From: Octopus vulgaris | Taxonomy: Eukaryota | Direction of reading: 5' to 3' | Assembly: GCA_951406725.2 (NCBI GenBank) | Contig: OX597837.1 | Coordinates: 6,138,001 to 6,202,000 of the forward strand | DNA length: 64,000 bases | In this document: piece by piece, positions 1 through 13,380 of the stretch | Layout of the letters: each line of letters begins with the position of its first letter | How positions within the stretch are numbered: the stretch's first letter is position 1 | Position numbers and translations under genes: made by a program | Notes under the pieces: generated by a model | Databases searched by the model: none | What the model was told of the DNA's origin: nothing | Seen by the model: only the letters and a program-made list of their open reading frames with translations

Positions 1-267
1 GAAGAGAGGGAGAGAGAGCGACTTTTATCCAATCTCGTTGCAATATCAGCGAGATATTAATAATCTGTATTTTCCCCGATATTTATATTTTCTCAACAAA
101 AGCTGGAAAACTGTCACTACAACAGAGATATTTAATTTGTCACGATAAATTTGCAGAGGTGAAAAACTTAATAGAGAAATAAAGAAACGATAATAAATTC
201 TGGGTAATTATAATAGACTGGATATATCTACGAGCTGCGTGTGCGTGTATATGTATATATAAACACA

Positions 268-379
<112 letters not shown>

Positions 380-506
380 TGTATTTATACATGCATGCAC
401 GCACACGACCGCAGAAACACGTATAGGTATATCTATAAAAATATGTGCATACACATATACTTACATATGTATATATAAACACACGCATATATATATACAC
501 ACCCAC

Positions 507-579
<73 letters not shown>

Positions 580-655
580 GACTTACACACACATACCTCC
601 TCTTGCATTCTCCTGTCTTTAAAAGAACTTTTCTTCACCCATTCCCTTCCGGTCA

Positions 656-870
656 TTCAAAATGTGACCGCGTGTGTACCGTTGGCGATTTTTTCCCTCC
701 GTCTTCCCTTCTTTGGATCTTTCCTTTTCCTATGTTTCTGACGAAGAGCTCTGCTCGAAACGTTAAACCCTCCTTCTTTCCTTTTTTCCTGAGCGTCCAA
801 TAATACTATACTTGTTCCACGTCCTTGCGTTGTTGTGTTTTCTCTTTGTGTTTTCATGTTTGGATTAACT
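656..870 (+). mobile_element. Non-autonomous Penelope-like/retrozyme element, family A (hammerhead-bearing), 3' end at (TA)n
   Basis: Near-identical copies at 6946-7148 (+) and 40302-40512 (-), related copy at 24033-24280. Ends GATTAACTA(TA)n and contains a hammerhead core. Confidence 0.75.
734..768 (+). ncRNA. Minimal type I hammerhead ribozyme
   Basis: GTTT-CTGACGA-A-GAGC-TCT-GCTC-GAAAC-GTT-AAAC: stem I GTTT/AAAC, stem II GAGC/GCTC, self-complementary ACGT as helix III. Predicted cleavage after 764. Confidence 0.75.
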
Positions 871-954
871 ATAAATATATATATATATATGTGTATGTGT
901 GTGTGTGTGTGTTTATGTATGTGTATATCTGTATATGTGCATTTGTATACATAC

Positions 955-1300
955 AACTGGGCGCCACTGCATAGTGCCAAGGACTCCAAATTTGCCATCA
1001 AGATGTAGGACAAGGTACTGTGATAGCCTGGGCTTCAGAGGCCCACAGCTCTTCAATATCCTCCCGAAGAACCTGAGAGACCTGCATGGGGTGGATGCAG
1101 ATGTCTTTAAAATATAACTGGATATTTTCCTGTCAGGAGGTGCAGATGAGGGCAGCTGCATCGAACTCTCTCAAATGACAATTGCTAAAAAGCATTCGTG
1201 AAGTAAAATCATGTAGCAACCCCAAATGGCGGTGCTCCAGCATGGCCACAGCACGTGTGCTGAAAGTAGATAAACTAAAATAAAAAAATAAAATAAAATA
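955..1300 (+). mobile_element. 3' end of a CR1/L2-like LINE (ORF2 C-terminus, 3' UTR, A-rich tail)
   Basis: Translates ...RYCDSLGFRGPQLFNILPKNLRDLHGVDADVFKI*LDIFL, matching the N-x-LP...FK..LD.FL ending of CR1/L2-group ORF2. Followed by GGCGGTGCTCCAGCATGGCCACAG and (TAAAA)n. Confidence 0.65.
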
Positions 1301-1810
1301 CCTGCAATTGCTTTCGTTCCAGCACACGATCTCAGATCAGGTCACTTGCTTTTTTTTCTGTTCAGTTTTAACACTGTGGTTTGCTCTCTGTACATTATTA
1401 TTATTATTATATGGATGTACTTAATACACACTCCGAATTCCCACATCACACACACCTCTCTTCTCTCATAATGTCTGTCTAAGGAGAGATGGTACGTCTA
1501 CATATTCGTCTCTTTCCTGTACAGATAACCATTATTCTTTCTCTCGACAAGAAGATTTTCCTTCAGGTCTTCACACTGCTGTTTGCGCTACAAAATCTTA
1601 TCATTATTTGGAAAGCCTTACGTCACATCACGAGTCCTCTATCACACTACCTCTGATGTATGAGTAACGAGGGATGACACCTTTACATATCCATCACTTC
1701 TCTATACGACCAACCATTATTTCTATCTCCATTTAACTCTTCTTTGATATCAATCACTCCTTCTTACCATCGTTCATCTCTGTTATTGGTGTCTCATTCA
1801 TTTTTCGTCG

Positions 1811-2270
1811 CACACACACACATACACACAAACACACGCACACACAAACACACAGAAAAGCACACTCTCTCTCACACACAATCTCACTCTCACACACAAA
1901 CTCTCTCTCACACATACTCACTCTCTCTCACTCACACACACACATTCTGTCTCCCTCTCTCACACATACACACACACACAAGTACACACAAACACACTCT
2001 CTCTTACACACAAATAGACAAACAATCTCGATCTCACACATACTCGCTCTCTCTCCCTCACACACACGCACACTCTCTCTCTCACACACACATACACACA
2101 CAAGTACACATACACACACAAATAGACACACAATCTCGATCTCACACACAAACTCTTTCTCACACACACTCACTCTCCCTCCCTCACACACAAACACTCT
2201 CTCTCTCTCTCACACACACATACACACACACACTCTGTGTGCGTGTGTGTCTGTCTGTCTGTCTCTTTCT
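1811..2270. repeat. Compound (CA)n/(CT)n low-complexity tract
   Basis: Directly visible. Confidence 0.9.
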
Positions 2271-2640
2271 GTATTACTATATCATATTCAAGGCGATCTC
2301 ACCAAGCAATTCATGACATTATTCAATTACCTTACCAACAACCATTATGTAGCTGTCATCATCACTCTGTCATTACGACCTCATCGCCCTGCTCGTGTCC
2401 TGTTTCTCCCCACCCATATGATCTTTCTTCTATTTAACCTTCTTGATCACCCTTACATTGAAAGAATATAGATGATAGTGCAGAAGAAGCTCTTTACTTT
2501 TGAAGGTTACAAAGCAAATCCCATATTTTAAAACTGACAGATTCCTTGACATAGTGGAAAAAAAAAAATGTAAACACTTTCATTTATGTCCAGATCTCTT
2601 CTACATATGATTCTCAAGATCAATATTCTTTTAAACATTA

Positions 2641-3300
2641 AGGCGACGAACTACCAGAAATGCTTAGCGGCATTTCGTCCGACTTTATGTTCTAAGTTCA
2701 AATTCCGCCGAGTTCGACTTTGCCTTTCTTCCCTTAGGGCCCGATTAAATAAGTACCAGTTGATCATTGGGTCATTGCAATCAACTTACCCTCTTTCACG
2801 AACTTACTGGCCTTGGACAAAAGTTACTAACCAATATTCTTTCAGTAGTTAAGGCGGCGAGGAAGTAGAATCGTTAGCGCGCCTTGCAAAATGCTTAGCA
2901 GCATTTCATCTGTCTTTTCGCTCTGAGTGCAAACTCCACCGAGGTTGACTTTGCCCCTTAGCATTTCGGGGTCGATAAAATAAGTACCAGTTGTGCACTG
3001 GTGTCGATTTAATCGACTACGTCCTCCCATGAACATGCTGATTTTGTTCCAAAATTAGAAACCAATATTCTTTCAGACGTTAAGGGGGGAAAACTGGCAG
3101 AATCTTTAGCATGCCGAGTGAAATACTTAGCAGCATTTTGTCTGTTCTTACGTTCTGAGTTCAAATTCCACCGAGGTTGACTTTGCCTTTCATCCTTTCG
3201 GAGGTCGATAAAATAAGTACCAATTGAGAACTGAAAGTCTATGTAATCGACTGAACCCTTCCTAAGAACTTGCTGGTCTTGTGCCAAAATTTGAAACCGG
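2641..3300 (+). mobile_element. Three tandem copies of tRNA-like SINE family S1
   Basis: Copies start at about 2641, 2852 and 3084. Head GGCGGCGAGCTGGCAGAATCGTTAGC, B-box-like GAGTTCAAATTCC, core GCCTTTCATCCTTTCGGGGTCGATAAAATAAGTACCAG. Confidence 0.8.
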
Positions 3301-3504
3301 TATTCTGTCAAACGTTGACATTCATGATCAAAATTTCATTTTGTTGGTAGCACATTTCTTCATTAACTCGGGTTGTCATGTTTAGAAGTAGGTTAGTGAT
3401 ATGACTCCTCAGGCTCAAGGTCTTAAGCCGTGTGTCGTCTTGAGCGTTTGGTTTCTATGGTAAGAAAACTAAGTTACATTGTTACATCCTGGACGCTGTG
3501 TATT

Positions 3505-5450
3505 CGCCCTCATATATTACATCACAGGAATCTGTTATTAGATCTAGTTTGTGGTTATTAAATTCTTTTAATGCTTCTCCTGATATTTCTTCTACTACAG
3601 TTGCCTTCCCATCTTTCATTGACTTTTTTTTTCATATCTTTCTTACGTCTTTCAAATATTTTTTTATTTCATTAACAGCCTCGAAATTGGGAATAGAAAG
3701 TCAGTTCTTACCATCGAACAGTTCTTATGTATATTGATTCCATCAAGATGTAATCTGATCATGATCAAACAGTATGTATCAAACATTTTTTCCTTAATGT
3801 TACCAATTTGTTTACTCATGCATTTTCTGTTTGCGATCTCGTTTATTTCACTGCTTATTTCTCTAGGTTTTTACTGGTTAGGTTTTACAACAACTAAACA
3901 GTGACCAATTGATCATCCAACCATTTGGGTGTTTGCTCTTCTTACAACCGAAACAGATCTGTTTATTTACACTCCTGTATCTATCTTCACTTACATTCCT
4001 CTGTTTCTCCAATTTGCGATAGAAACTCATCATTAATACATTTTCTTTCCTCATCCATTTCAAACAAAGTTCCTTCCCTGATTAGAATATTTCACTTTTG
4101 TATTTCGTTTGCAAGAATTTTGTTGTCAACACGTGTAGGGAAATAGATTTTGCTATAAATCCTGATGTTCATTACACCAGTAATAAATACACGCACTGGT
4201 TCTATTTCACTTCTTTTAATTTCATTTTCCATTGGTCAACCGTTTCAGCAATTAAATAATAGATTCTTTGATTAATCGTTTGGCCAATAAACCATTCAGC
4301 TAGGTTTGTTATAACTCTTGATACTCATTATGCCAGTAATAAATACACGCACTGGTTCTATTTCACTTCTTTTAATTTCATTTTCAATTAGTTAACCGTT
4401 TCACCAATTAAATAACAGATCCTTTGATTAATCGTTTGGCCAATAAACCATTCAGCTAGGTTTGTTATAACTCCTGATGTTCATTACGCCAGTAATAAAT
4501 ACACGCACTGGTTCTATTTCACTTCTTTTAATTTCATTTTCCATTGGTCAACCGTTTCAGCAATTAAATAATAGATTCTTTGATTAATCGTTTGGCCAAT
4601 AAACCATTCAGCTAGGTTTGTTATAACTCCTGATACTCATTACGACAGTAATAAATACACGCACTGGTTCTATTTCACTTCTTTTAATTTCATTTTCAAT
4701 TAGTTAACCGTTTCACCAATTAAATAACAGATTCCTTGATTAATCGTTTGGTCAATAAACCATTCAGCTAGGTTTGTTATAACTCCTGATGTTCATTACG
4801 CCAATAATAAATACACGCACTGGTTCTATTTCACTTCTTTTAATTTCATTTTCCATTGGTCAACCGTTTCAGCAATTAAATAATAGATTCTTTGATTAAT
4901 TGTCTGGTCAATAAACCATTCAGCTAGGTTTGTCAAAGCCCTTTCATCGCCAGTTTTGAAGCAGGTCTGGTGTAGAGAGGGCATTATGCTTGCACACACG
5001 TTTTAATTATTCTCTATTCTTTCATTCAATTTGTTAAATTTATTACGCAGGACTTGTATTTTTTATTCATTGTTTCGCCATTCCACATTATATTTCCATG
5101 TGCATCCTGTTTTAATAAGGTTAGATATAATACTCATTTATTAATCATTTTAATTTTCGTAAGTTCCATTTGTAATTTAATTAGCACCGGATTATAATCT
5201 GGACTGATATATCAGCTCTTGAGTATGTTTATGTAAATCTCACGCAATTCCTTAACCGCTGGCTTATCAATACAAACTCGATTTGATTACATATTATGTC
5301 ACCGTGACATTTCCGCGTCCATAATCTTCAGCCGAGCGATTGCTGGAATAGAATGGTGAACGTTGGTGACAAATAAATTGTGTCTTTGATAAAAATCAAT
5401 CATTAGATCACCTTTTCCTTTCAGCAATTCTTTCTTTCACCATTTCTTCG
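3505..5450 (-). pseudogene. Degenerate RTE-clade LINE fragment (APE endonuclease C-terminus, linker, start of RT)
   Basis: Minus-strand remnants GDLMIDFYQRHNLFVTN (about 5360-5410), NQIEFVLISQRLRNCV..TYSRADI.DYNPVLIKL (about 5170-5290) and MKDGKATVVEEISGEALKEFNNHKLDLITDSCDVIY (about 3510-3620). Many stops and frameshifts. Confidence 0.75.
4161..4932. repeat. 156-bp tandem repeat, about 5 copies, alternating A/B variants
   Basis: Units start at 4161, 4317, 4473, 4629 and 4785. GATGTTC/TTCCATTGGTC units alternate with GATACTC/TTCAATTAGTT units. Confidence 0.95.
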
Positions 5451-5760
5451 CCCAAAACCATAATTCACTTTTTATGTTATTCGTATTTTTCACTCGTCGA
5501 TTTTTTCGCACTAAAATCTTCGGTTATAAATTTGGTTTCTTTAAGCTTTGGTGCGTCTTATCTCGATTCTGAATTTGTTTGTAGAAATCTTCTGACCTTC
5601 CATCATTGCGTTCTTACGTAGGAACCAGTACCTGTACGATGCTGATGAAATGTTTACAGAACGATTTATGATTATCTTTCCGTGTCCAGAATCCAATTAG
5701 TGGTTTTCTGTCGGATTCCTCATTATGATTCCAACTCCTTCGCTATAATTATTTTCTAAG

Positions 5761-5900
5761 GCACATGGCTCAGTGGTTAGAGCGCTGGGCTCACAATCAT
5801 TAAGGGTTCGATTCCTGGATTAGGTTGTATGCTGTGTTCTTGAGCAAGACACTTTATTTCACGTTCACCCAGTTCAGTCAGCTGTACAAATGACTTGCCA
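5761..5900 (+). mobile_element. tRNA-derived SINE family S3
   Basis: A box TGGCTCAGTGG, B box GGTTCGATTCC, then TGTGTTCTTGAGCAAGACAC. Relatives at 9587 and 23801. Confidence 0.75.
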
Positions 5901-6084
5901 AGCTGTACTGGATTTTGCCCTCTCTTGGATAACACCAATGGCGTGGAGAGGGTGGGCTGGTATGCACGGGTTACTGCTGCTCGAATTTTTGCCTGGGTGA
6001 GTAATTTTCTAGGTGCAATCCCATGGTCTTTCGTTACCGAAAGGTGGTGTAAACAACTTTCTGTGACATCCCCTCGCAAATCTA

Positions 6085-6166
<82 letters not shown>

Positions 6167-6443
6167 TCACACTATCATCCACACGTCTATACATGCACAC
6201 ACGCACACCTCAAGGTCACTAGTCCCCTTCCACACGCGCATACACGCTCTCACATACACACGAACGCGCACCTTCGCTTTGGTATCATCATTACTTTATT
6301 ATCTCCCCTTCTTCCTATCTCTCTTGTGTGACTCCTCTGTCCGGCATTCGCCATGATAGATCGTTAGCCACTATATCATTTTATATTTTCTCTCCGTGTG
6401 TCTTACTTCAACCTTTTCCCCATCCGGACCTTGTCTTTCTTCT

Positions 6444-6478
6444 CTTTCTGACGAAGTGTCAAGATCGAAACGTTATAC
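6444..6478 (+). ncRNA. Degenerate minimal hammerhead motif in a Penelope-like element (about 6200-6590)
   Basis: CTGACGA-AGTGTCAAGATC-GAAAC-GTTA. Core intact, stem II weak. The element runs into (TA)n at about 6588. Confidence 0.5.
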
Positions 6479-6738
6479 ACCCACTCTCGTTTTTTCCATC
6501 TTATACTGGGCGCCCATGTGTAGGTCCTTTTGACTTTTGTTGTTTTGTTCTTTCTTGTTAGTTGCTTTTAATTTTCGATTTGCCTATGTATATATATATA
6601 TATATATTATATAATTAGATGTAAAAAAATAATATAAAATTATACAATGTAATATTTTGAATTCGCCTTAAATGGTCCTTTTACATACTGAACACTTGGT
6701 GAAATTGATTAATTAATTAATTTTACCCTCAATTGTTG

Positions 6739-6810
<72 letters not shown>

Positions 6811-6887
6811 GTATGTATCTATGTATCTATGTATGTATGTATGTATGTATGTATGTATGTATGTATGAATATATATATATATGTATA

Positions 6888-6923
<36 letters not shown>

Positions 6924-6945
6924 TGTATGTATATATATATATTTA

Positions 6946-7147
6946 TGACCGCGTGTGTACCGTTGGCGATTTTTTTCCTCTGTCTTCCCTTCTCTGGATC
7001 TTTCCTTCTCCTATGTTTCCGACGAAGAGCTCCACTCGAAACGTTAAACCCTCCTTCTTTCCTTCTTTCCTGAGCGTCCAATAATACTATATTTGTTCCA
7101 CGTCCTCGCGTTGTTGTATTTATTTGTGCTTTCTTGCTTAGATTAAC

Positions 7148-7148
<1 letters not shown>
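6946..7148 (+). mobile_element. Hammerhead element family A, copy 2 (core CCGACGA, motif 7015-7049)
   Basis: Homologous to 656-870, with (TA)n-type arrays on both sides. Confidence 0.75.
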
Positions 7149-7216
<68 letters not shown>

Positions 7217-7224
7217 GTTTGTTT

Positions 7225-7385
7225 ACACGAGGAGCTTCTTTCTGTTTTCGTGTACCAATTCCACTTGCAAGGCTTTAGTCCGTCCGAGTCTATAGTACAA
7301 GACACCTGCCTAAGGTGCCACGCAGTGGGACTGAACCCAGAAACCATTTGGTTGGGAAGCAAGCTTCTTACCACATAGCCACTTA
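7225..7385 (-). mobile_element. SINE family S2, head only
   Basis: Reverse complement of GGCTATGTGGTAAGAAGCTTGCTTCCCAACC...GGGTTCAGTCCCACTGCGTGGCACCTT. Confidence 0.75.
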
Positions 7386-8543
7386 CATATTATTTAAATA
7401 TTTACCGTCTCAGCACGGTTTTACTTTCCATCGCTTGATGTAAAGCTGCAGCAGAATGTTTACGTGTTCACTTGTCATTACACTAATCGGTAATGTCGTG
7501 ATTAAAAACAAATAAATAATCTCCGTCGTAATTAACGGATACAACTGACATTTCGAATCAATGCCGCTGTAACGTGCGTAAAATGTTCATCATCACTTTT
7601 TAAAAACATTAACTTATAAAATATTAACTGAGGAAAATATTTCATAAAACATTAATGATAGAGAAAAATGTTCAGTAAATTTAATGAAGAGATGAATTTC
7701 TGATTCTCAATATTATATATATGTATATATATATATATAATTTTAAAGTGATTTTGCTATGTCTGATATGAGAGAAAATATATACGGCCATACATACATA
7801 CATCAAAATTAGTATACATATTCTATATGCGTTGCCTCTGATTCTTTGGTCTACTCTTCCCCTACCCTTCCATTTCTTTGTCTTGCTTTGCACTCACAGG
7901 TCAATCTTTGACACCCATCCCTTCTCCTCTCTGATTCCTTCTTTCTCTCTCTTCTCTCCCCTTGTTGCTTTCGTCCCTCTTCTCTCTCTCTCTTCCTTCC
8001 TTTGCCTCTCTTTCTTTTCTTTCCTCTCTTCTCCGTCACGTGACCGCTGGCCGAAATCTGTCTCTCAGCTTCCGACCAGCGACGTGACAACATCGTTGTC
8101 TTTTGTCCGCCGTTAAGGCATCGCCGTTAAGGCATCGCCGTTAAGGCTTTTTTCCAAAATACGCCAGCCAAATTTGTTTGCACTGTTATTAGTCGTAAGA
8201 CACTTGTTGTTTTCACCGTTATTGCTTTTGTATTTCATGTTTTTGTATTCCATTATTGTTTTTTGCTTTTTATATTCGTCCTTTTTGCTGTCCCGGTGTT
8301 CGTATGCATTCGATCCTTCTTCCAGGAAATCTACGCTCCCAGCTTAGTTTTTCTAATGCTCGTTGCTTAGTTTTTCTTGAAGGGCTGGCCGGATCTAGTA
8401 ATCTCAAGATTAATCAGCCGAAATTACTACGATGATCCGGTTCTTGACTGAAGACTGAGGGCTTCGAATGTCCTGTCCGTGTTTATTGTATCGTCTTCTA
8501 AGAGTTATGCGTTCTTGTCCCTGTTTGTATTTTTCTACATATC

Positions 8544-8578
<35 letters not shown>

Positions 8579-8661
8579 ACACATATATATATATATCTAT
8601 ATCTATATCTATATCTATATCTATATCTATATCTATAACTATATCTATATATATATATATA

Positions 8662-9056
8662 TTCTCTTTTAGCCTTTTAGTTGTTTCAGTTATTTGACTG
8701 TGGCCATGCTGGAGCACCGCTCTTAGTCGAGCAAATCGGCCCCAGGACTTATTCTTTGTAAGCCTAGTACTTATTCTATCGGTCTTTCTTTCCGAACCGC
8801 TAAGTCACGGGGACGTAAACACACCAGCATCTGTTGTCAAGCGATGTTGGGGGAACAAACACAGACACACAAACAGATATATATATACATATACACATAT
8901 ATACGACGGGCTTCTTTCAGCTTCCGTCTACCAAGTCCACTCAGAAGGCTTTGGTCAGCCCGAGTCTATAGTAGAAGACACTTGCCCAAGCTGCCACGCA
9001 GTGGGACTGAACCCGGAACCATGTAGTTAGTGAGCAAGCTACTTACCACACAGCCA
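8662..9056 (-). mobile_element. SINE family S2, full length, internal (TA)/(TG) tract
   Basis: Same head, CCTTGGGCAAG-like core and GGCGGTGCTCCAGCATGGCC tail as 39494-39903. Confidence 0.85.
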
Positions 9057-9133
9057 TATATATATATATCAATCCAGTAAGAGTATTTTGGTTGGAGAAA
9101 AACTACACATAATATGCACTACGCAGGCACACA

Positions 9134-9186
<53 letters not shown>

Positions 9187-9586
9187 AACTTATTTATATA
9201 GTAAAGAGATAAGGATAATATATTCAGGCGGGTACCGTTGGAGCACTTAATTATAATCCATGGTATGTCTAACCATTTGATTCGTAAGAAGGATATTTGA
9301 GGTAAGCAGTCTCGGTCGAGTACATTCTATGGGAAAATCCTCGATTCGCTTCACTGGATTATAAATAGTTTACCCTGTGTCTATTCATGCGCATATTTAA
9401 TGTTTCTACAGTTAGGTATACGGTACATTTAATTTAAATTTGTTCGACGCACGTTTCTGCGGCAAATGCAATTGCGTTTCGTCTCGCAAATGAAATTGCG
9501 AGATAAACGTGCATAAAGGTTTCTGCAGCAGAAACGCATGTAGGACAAATAATTTGATGTATGTGTATGCTTATATACACACGTGG

Positions 9587-9830
9587 AGGCGCGTGGCTTA
9601 GAGGTTAGGGTGTCAGCATCATGATTGTAAGATTCTGGTTTCGATTCCTGGACCGGGCGAGGCGTTGTGTTCTTGAGCAAAACACTTCATTTCACGTTGC
9701 TCCAGTCCACTCAGCTGGCAAAAATGAGTAACGCTGCGATGGACTGGTGTCCCGTCCAGCTGGGGAACACATACGTCATAGAAACCGGGAAACCGGACCC
9801 ATGAGACTGGCCAAGCTTTAAAAGGGCGCA
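9587..9830 (+). mobile_element. SINE family S3
   Basis: A/B boxes and TGTGTTCTTGAGCAAAACACTTCATTTCACG core. Confidence 0.75.
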
Positions 9831-10181
9831 TTTATTTTATTAATTTTATATATACTCACACTAAAACACACACAAACACGCGTGCACGCACACACACAAA
9901 CACACATACACACACACACAAACAAACACATATGCACACACAAACACACACACACACTTCTTCGTTTGTGAGACACTAGAAAGAACTTGAACAAAGGAAG
10001 CATGTCATTGATGAGGCTTCGAATAGCGGCGAAAAAGCTTTGACAACCGATTAGCTGTTTAGCCAACAAAACAAAGGATCGATTAGTTACTTGTCGAGCC
10101 AACCGAGAAATCACATACAAAAAAAGTGATATTGAATCAGTGCGTGTCTTTATCATTATTGGCGTAATGAACCTCCAAAAA

Positions 10182-10392
10182 GGCGGCTAGATAGCAGAAA
10201 CGTAAGCACGCTGGGCGAAATGCACACCGCTATTTCGTCTGTCTTTAAGTTCTGGGTTCAAATTCCGGCAAGGTCAACTTTGCCTTTCATTCTTTCGGGG
10301 TTGATAAACAAAGTATCAGTTGTGTGCTGGGGTCGATCTAATCGACTGGCACCCCCACCCCAAATTTCGGACCTTGTGCCTAGAGTAGAAAA
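10182..10392 (+). mobile_element. SINE family S1
   Basis: Homologous to 2852-3066. Confidence 0.8.
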
Positions 10393-10663
10393 GAAAAGAA
10401 GGAACCTCCAAAAATACAAGATACATATAAATACATACATACTTTGCAAGAGAAAAAATTAGATGAGAGGCAAACACAGATTTAACCCACGGTGGAAATA
10501 TCATTGATAGTTTATCCTGAATTTTCAGTTGCATTGCCATAGTAAATTACATCGAAATTTAATTAACTTATGACCTGATACCCAGTGCCCTAGCAGAAGA
10601 GCATACTGTGACATAAACTTGATGCCCTGAACCCAGTCTCTGCATCCCACCACATATATGTGC

Positions 10664-10751
<88 letters not shown>

Positions 10752-11094
10752 AAGGCAGGCAAGAATTCATATCGGTACTGAAAATTTCTTACTGATATAA
10801 ACCAAACGTTGCATCCTTTCGACCCACGAATGCCAGAACCACCTGAAAAGCGAAGGCGAAGAAGAGGAGGAGAACCACAAAACAAGAAGCATACATATTT
10901 GATATTTTTATATCAGCGTGAAACATCATAGGAAATAATAGGAATTCTCGATTTGATATCCTTATTTACTTTCATTGTGTTCACATACTCACGCACACAT
11001 ACACACACGTACATCTACACACATATATATAGACAGACACACCTCCATTTACATATACATACACATGCATACAGATGAACACACACACACACGC

Positions 11095-11144
<50 letters not shown>

Positions 11145-11456
11145 GAGCAAATATAGTCACAGCCCCATGTATAGATGTGTACAGATATAAATATATATAC
11201 ATATATAAAATACATATATATATACATAGGTATGTGTGTCTGTGTGTCTTTATATCAATATATGAGGATGTCATTTCTGTATGTGTGGAGGTACGTAGGT
11301 GTAAGCAGAATTAGCAATAAATTAGCAATGCTTGCCAAAAATAATTAAATACAATACATAATAAGAAATAAATAGTGTATTGTTTTATATGAGAATAAAT
11401 ACGGAAAACGAGATCAAAAGATTTCACTGTTTATACACACACAACACACACAGACA

Positions 11457-11535
<79 letters not shown>

Positions 11536-11864
11536 TATACATAGAGTCAGAGAGAAAGAGAGATATAAAAAACGTAATCTCCTTAAATACATATAACACA
11601 GGCTCACATACATACTCACAAACATGCATATATATATGCATATATATATGTGCGTGTGTGTGCCTGTGTGTTTATGGCAGTATCCATTCATCTCTCCTTA
11701 CATTCCATTTCATATTCTTTCCCTTTTTAATCCTTTCATTGCTTACATAAGCATTTTTGTTTACTTTCCCAATCTATACACAGAAATATATACATAAGCA
11801 CGAATGCGTCTGCGAGGCACTGTGCGCGTGTATTCATACATACATATACATATATATATATATT

Positions 11865-11933
<69 letters not shown>

Positions 11934-12042
11934 GTATATATCGGTATATATCCTCTATATAAATTGAGAATCATTCGTAAATATGTCTGTGTGTATATAT
12001 GTATGTATGTATGTATGCATGTATGTATATATATATATGTTT

Positions 12043-12075
<33 letters not shown>

Positions 12076-12212
12076 GCATATATATATAATGATATCTATA
12101 CATATATATATATATACATAGTTTTATAACACCTCAACTAATCACCAAAGCGTATGTTTAATTTAATAGTTCACTCTGAACTAAGTTAATTTCTCTAGGA
12201 AGCATATGTATA

Positions 12213-12276
<64 letters not shown>

Positions 12277-12378
12277 ACACACACACGCACACACACATAT
12301 CAATATTTATCTATGTATTTATCTATATACATACGTATATTCTAATATATATATATACACATATACATACATGCATAC

Positions 12379-12410
<32 letters not shown>

Positions 12411-12816
12411 ATATATATTCATATAATGATGGCAGTGATAATGATGGTACCGTCAACGACGACAACCGCAAAACCAGAAGAAGAATAATAAGGATGATGA
12501 TGAAGATGATTTCAGAAGCAGTAAAACAATAAAAACAACAACAGCATCAATAGTAATAATAATCATCATGACAATAATCATAATAATAATAATTAAAAAT
12601 ATTTGTTTACATGAAAGAAAAAAATAAAAGTGTATCAAATATAAAATTGTTTCGATTCGTATTTATGATAATTTTATCTTGAAGACAGCTTGCCAACAAT
12701 GGCAGCACCAAAAACCAACAAGAACATCAATATAAACAACAATAACAACAACAACAATATAATCATCAACGTCAATTTCCACAAGTGAATAATTATTCAG
12801 CAAAGGGAATAAAATG

Positions 12817-12857
<41 letters not shown>

Positions 12858-12863
12858 TATACA

Positions 12864-12942
<79 letters not shown>

Positions 12943-13091
12943 CTATATATATATATATATATATACATATATACATACACACATATATATATATGCATAA
13001 ATACCTATGTTTATATATAAATACGTATGTGTATATGTAAATATGTATACGTAAAAATTATATACATCTATAAATATACATTTTTATTTAA

Positions 13092-13132
<41 letters not shown>

Positions 13133-13200
13133 CACACTCATATATATATGTATATGTGTATATATAGAAATATATATATATATATCTATATATATGTATG

Positions 13201-13231
<31 letters not shown>

Positions 13232-13348
13232 GAGATAGATAGATAGATATATAGATAGATATGTATTCATATACTTGTATGAAATATGTATATATATATT
13301 TATGCACGCTCACGCTACACACACACATATACACACACACACATACAC

Positions 13349-13380
<32 letters not shown>

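Noticed and set aside
2280-2420. Possible Penelope RT remnant (LRPHRPARVLFLP)
   Set aside because: Too short and degenerate to support without a profile search
3365-3415. Minus-strand CTGAGGA-GTCAT..ATGAC hammerhead-like hairpin
   Set aside because: GAAA is missing and stem I does not pair
4161-4932. CRISPR array or coding repeat (156 = 52 codons)
   Set aside because: No unique spacers, eukaryotic context, and the minus-strand frames I translated contain stops
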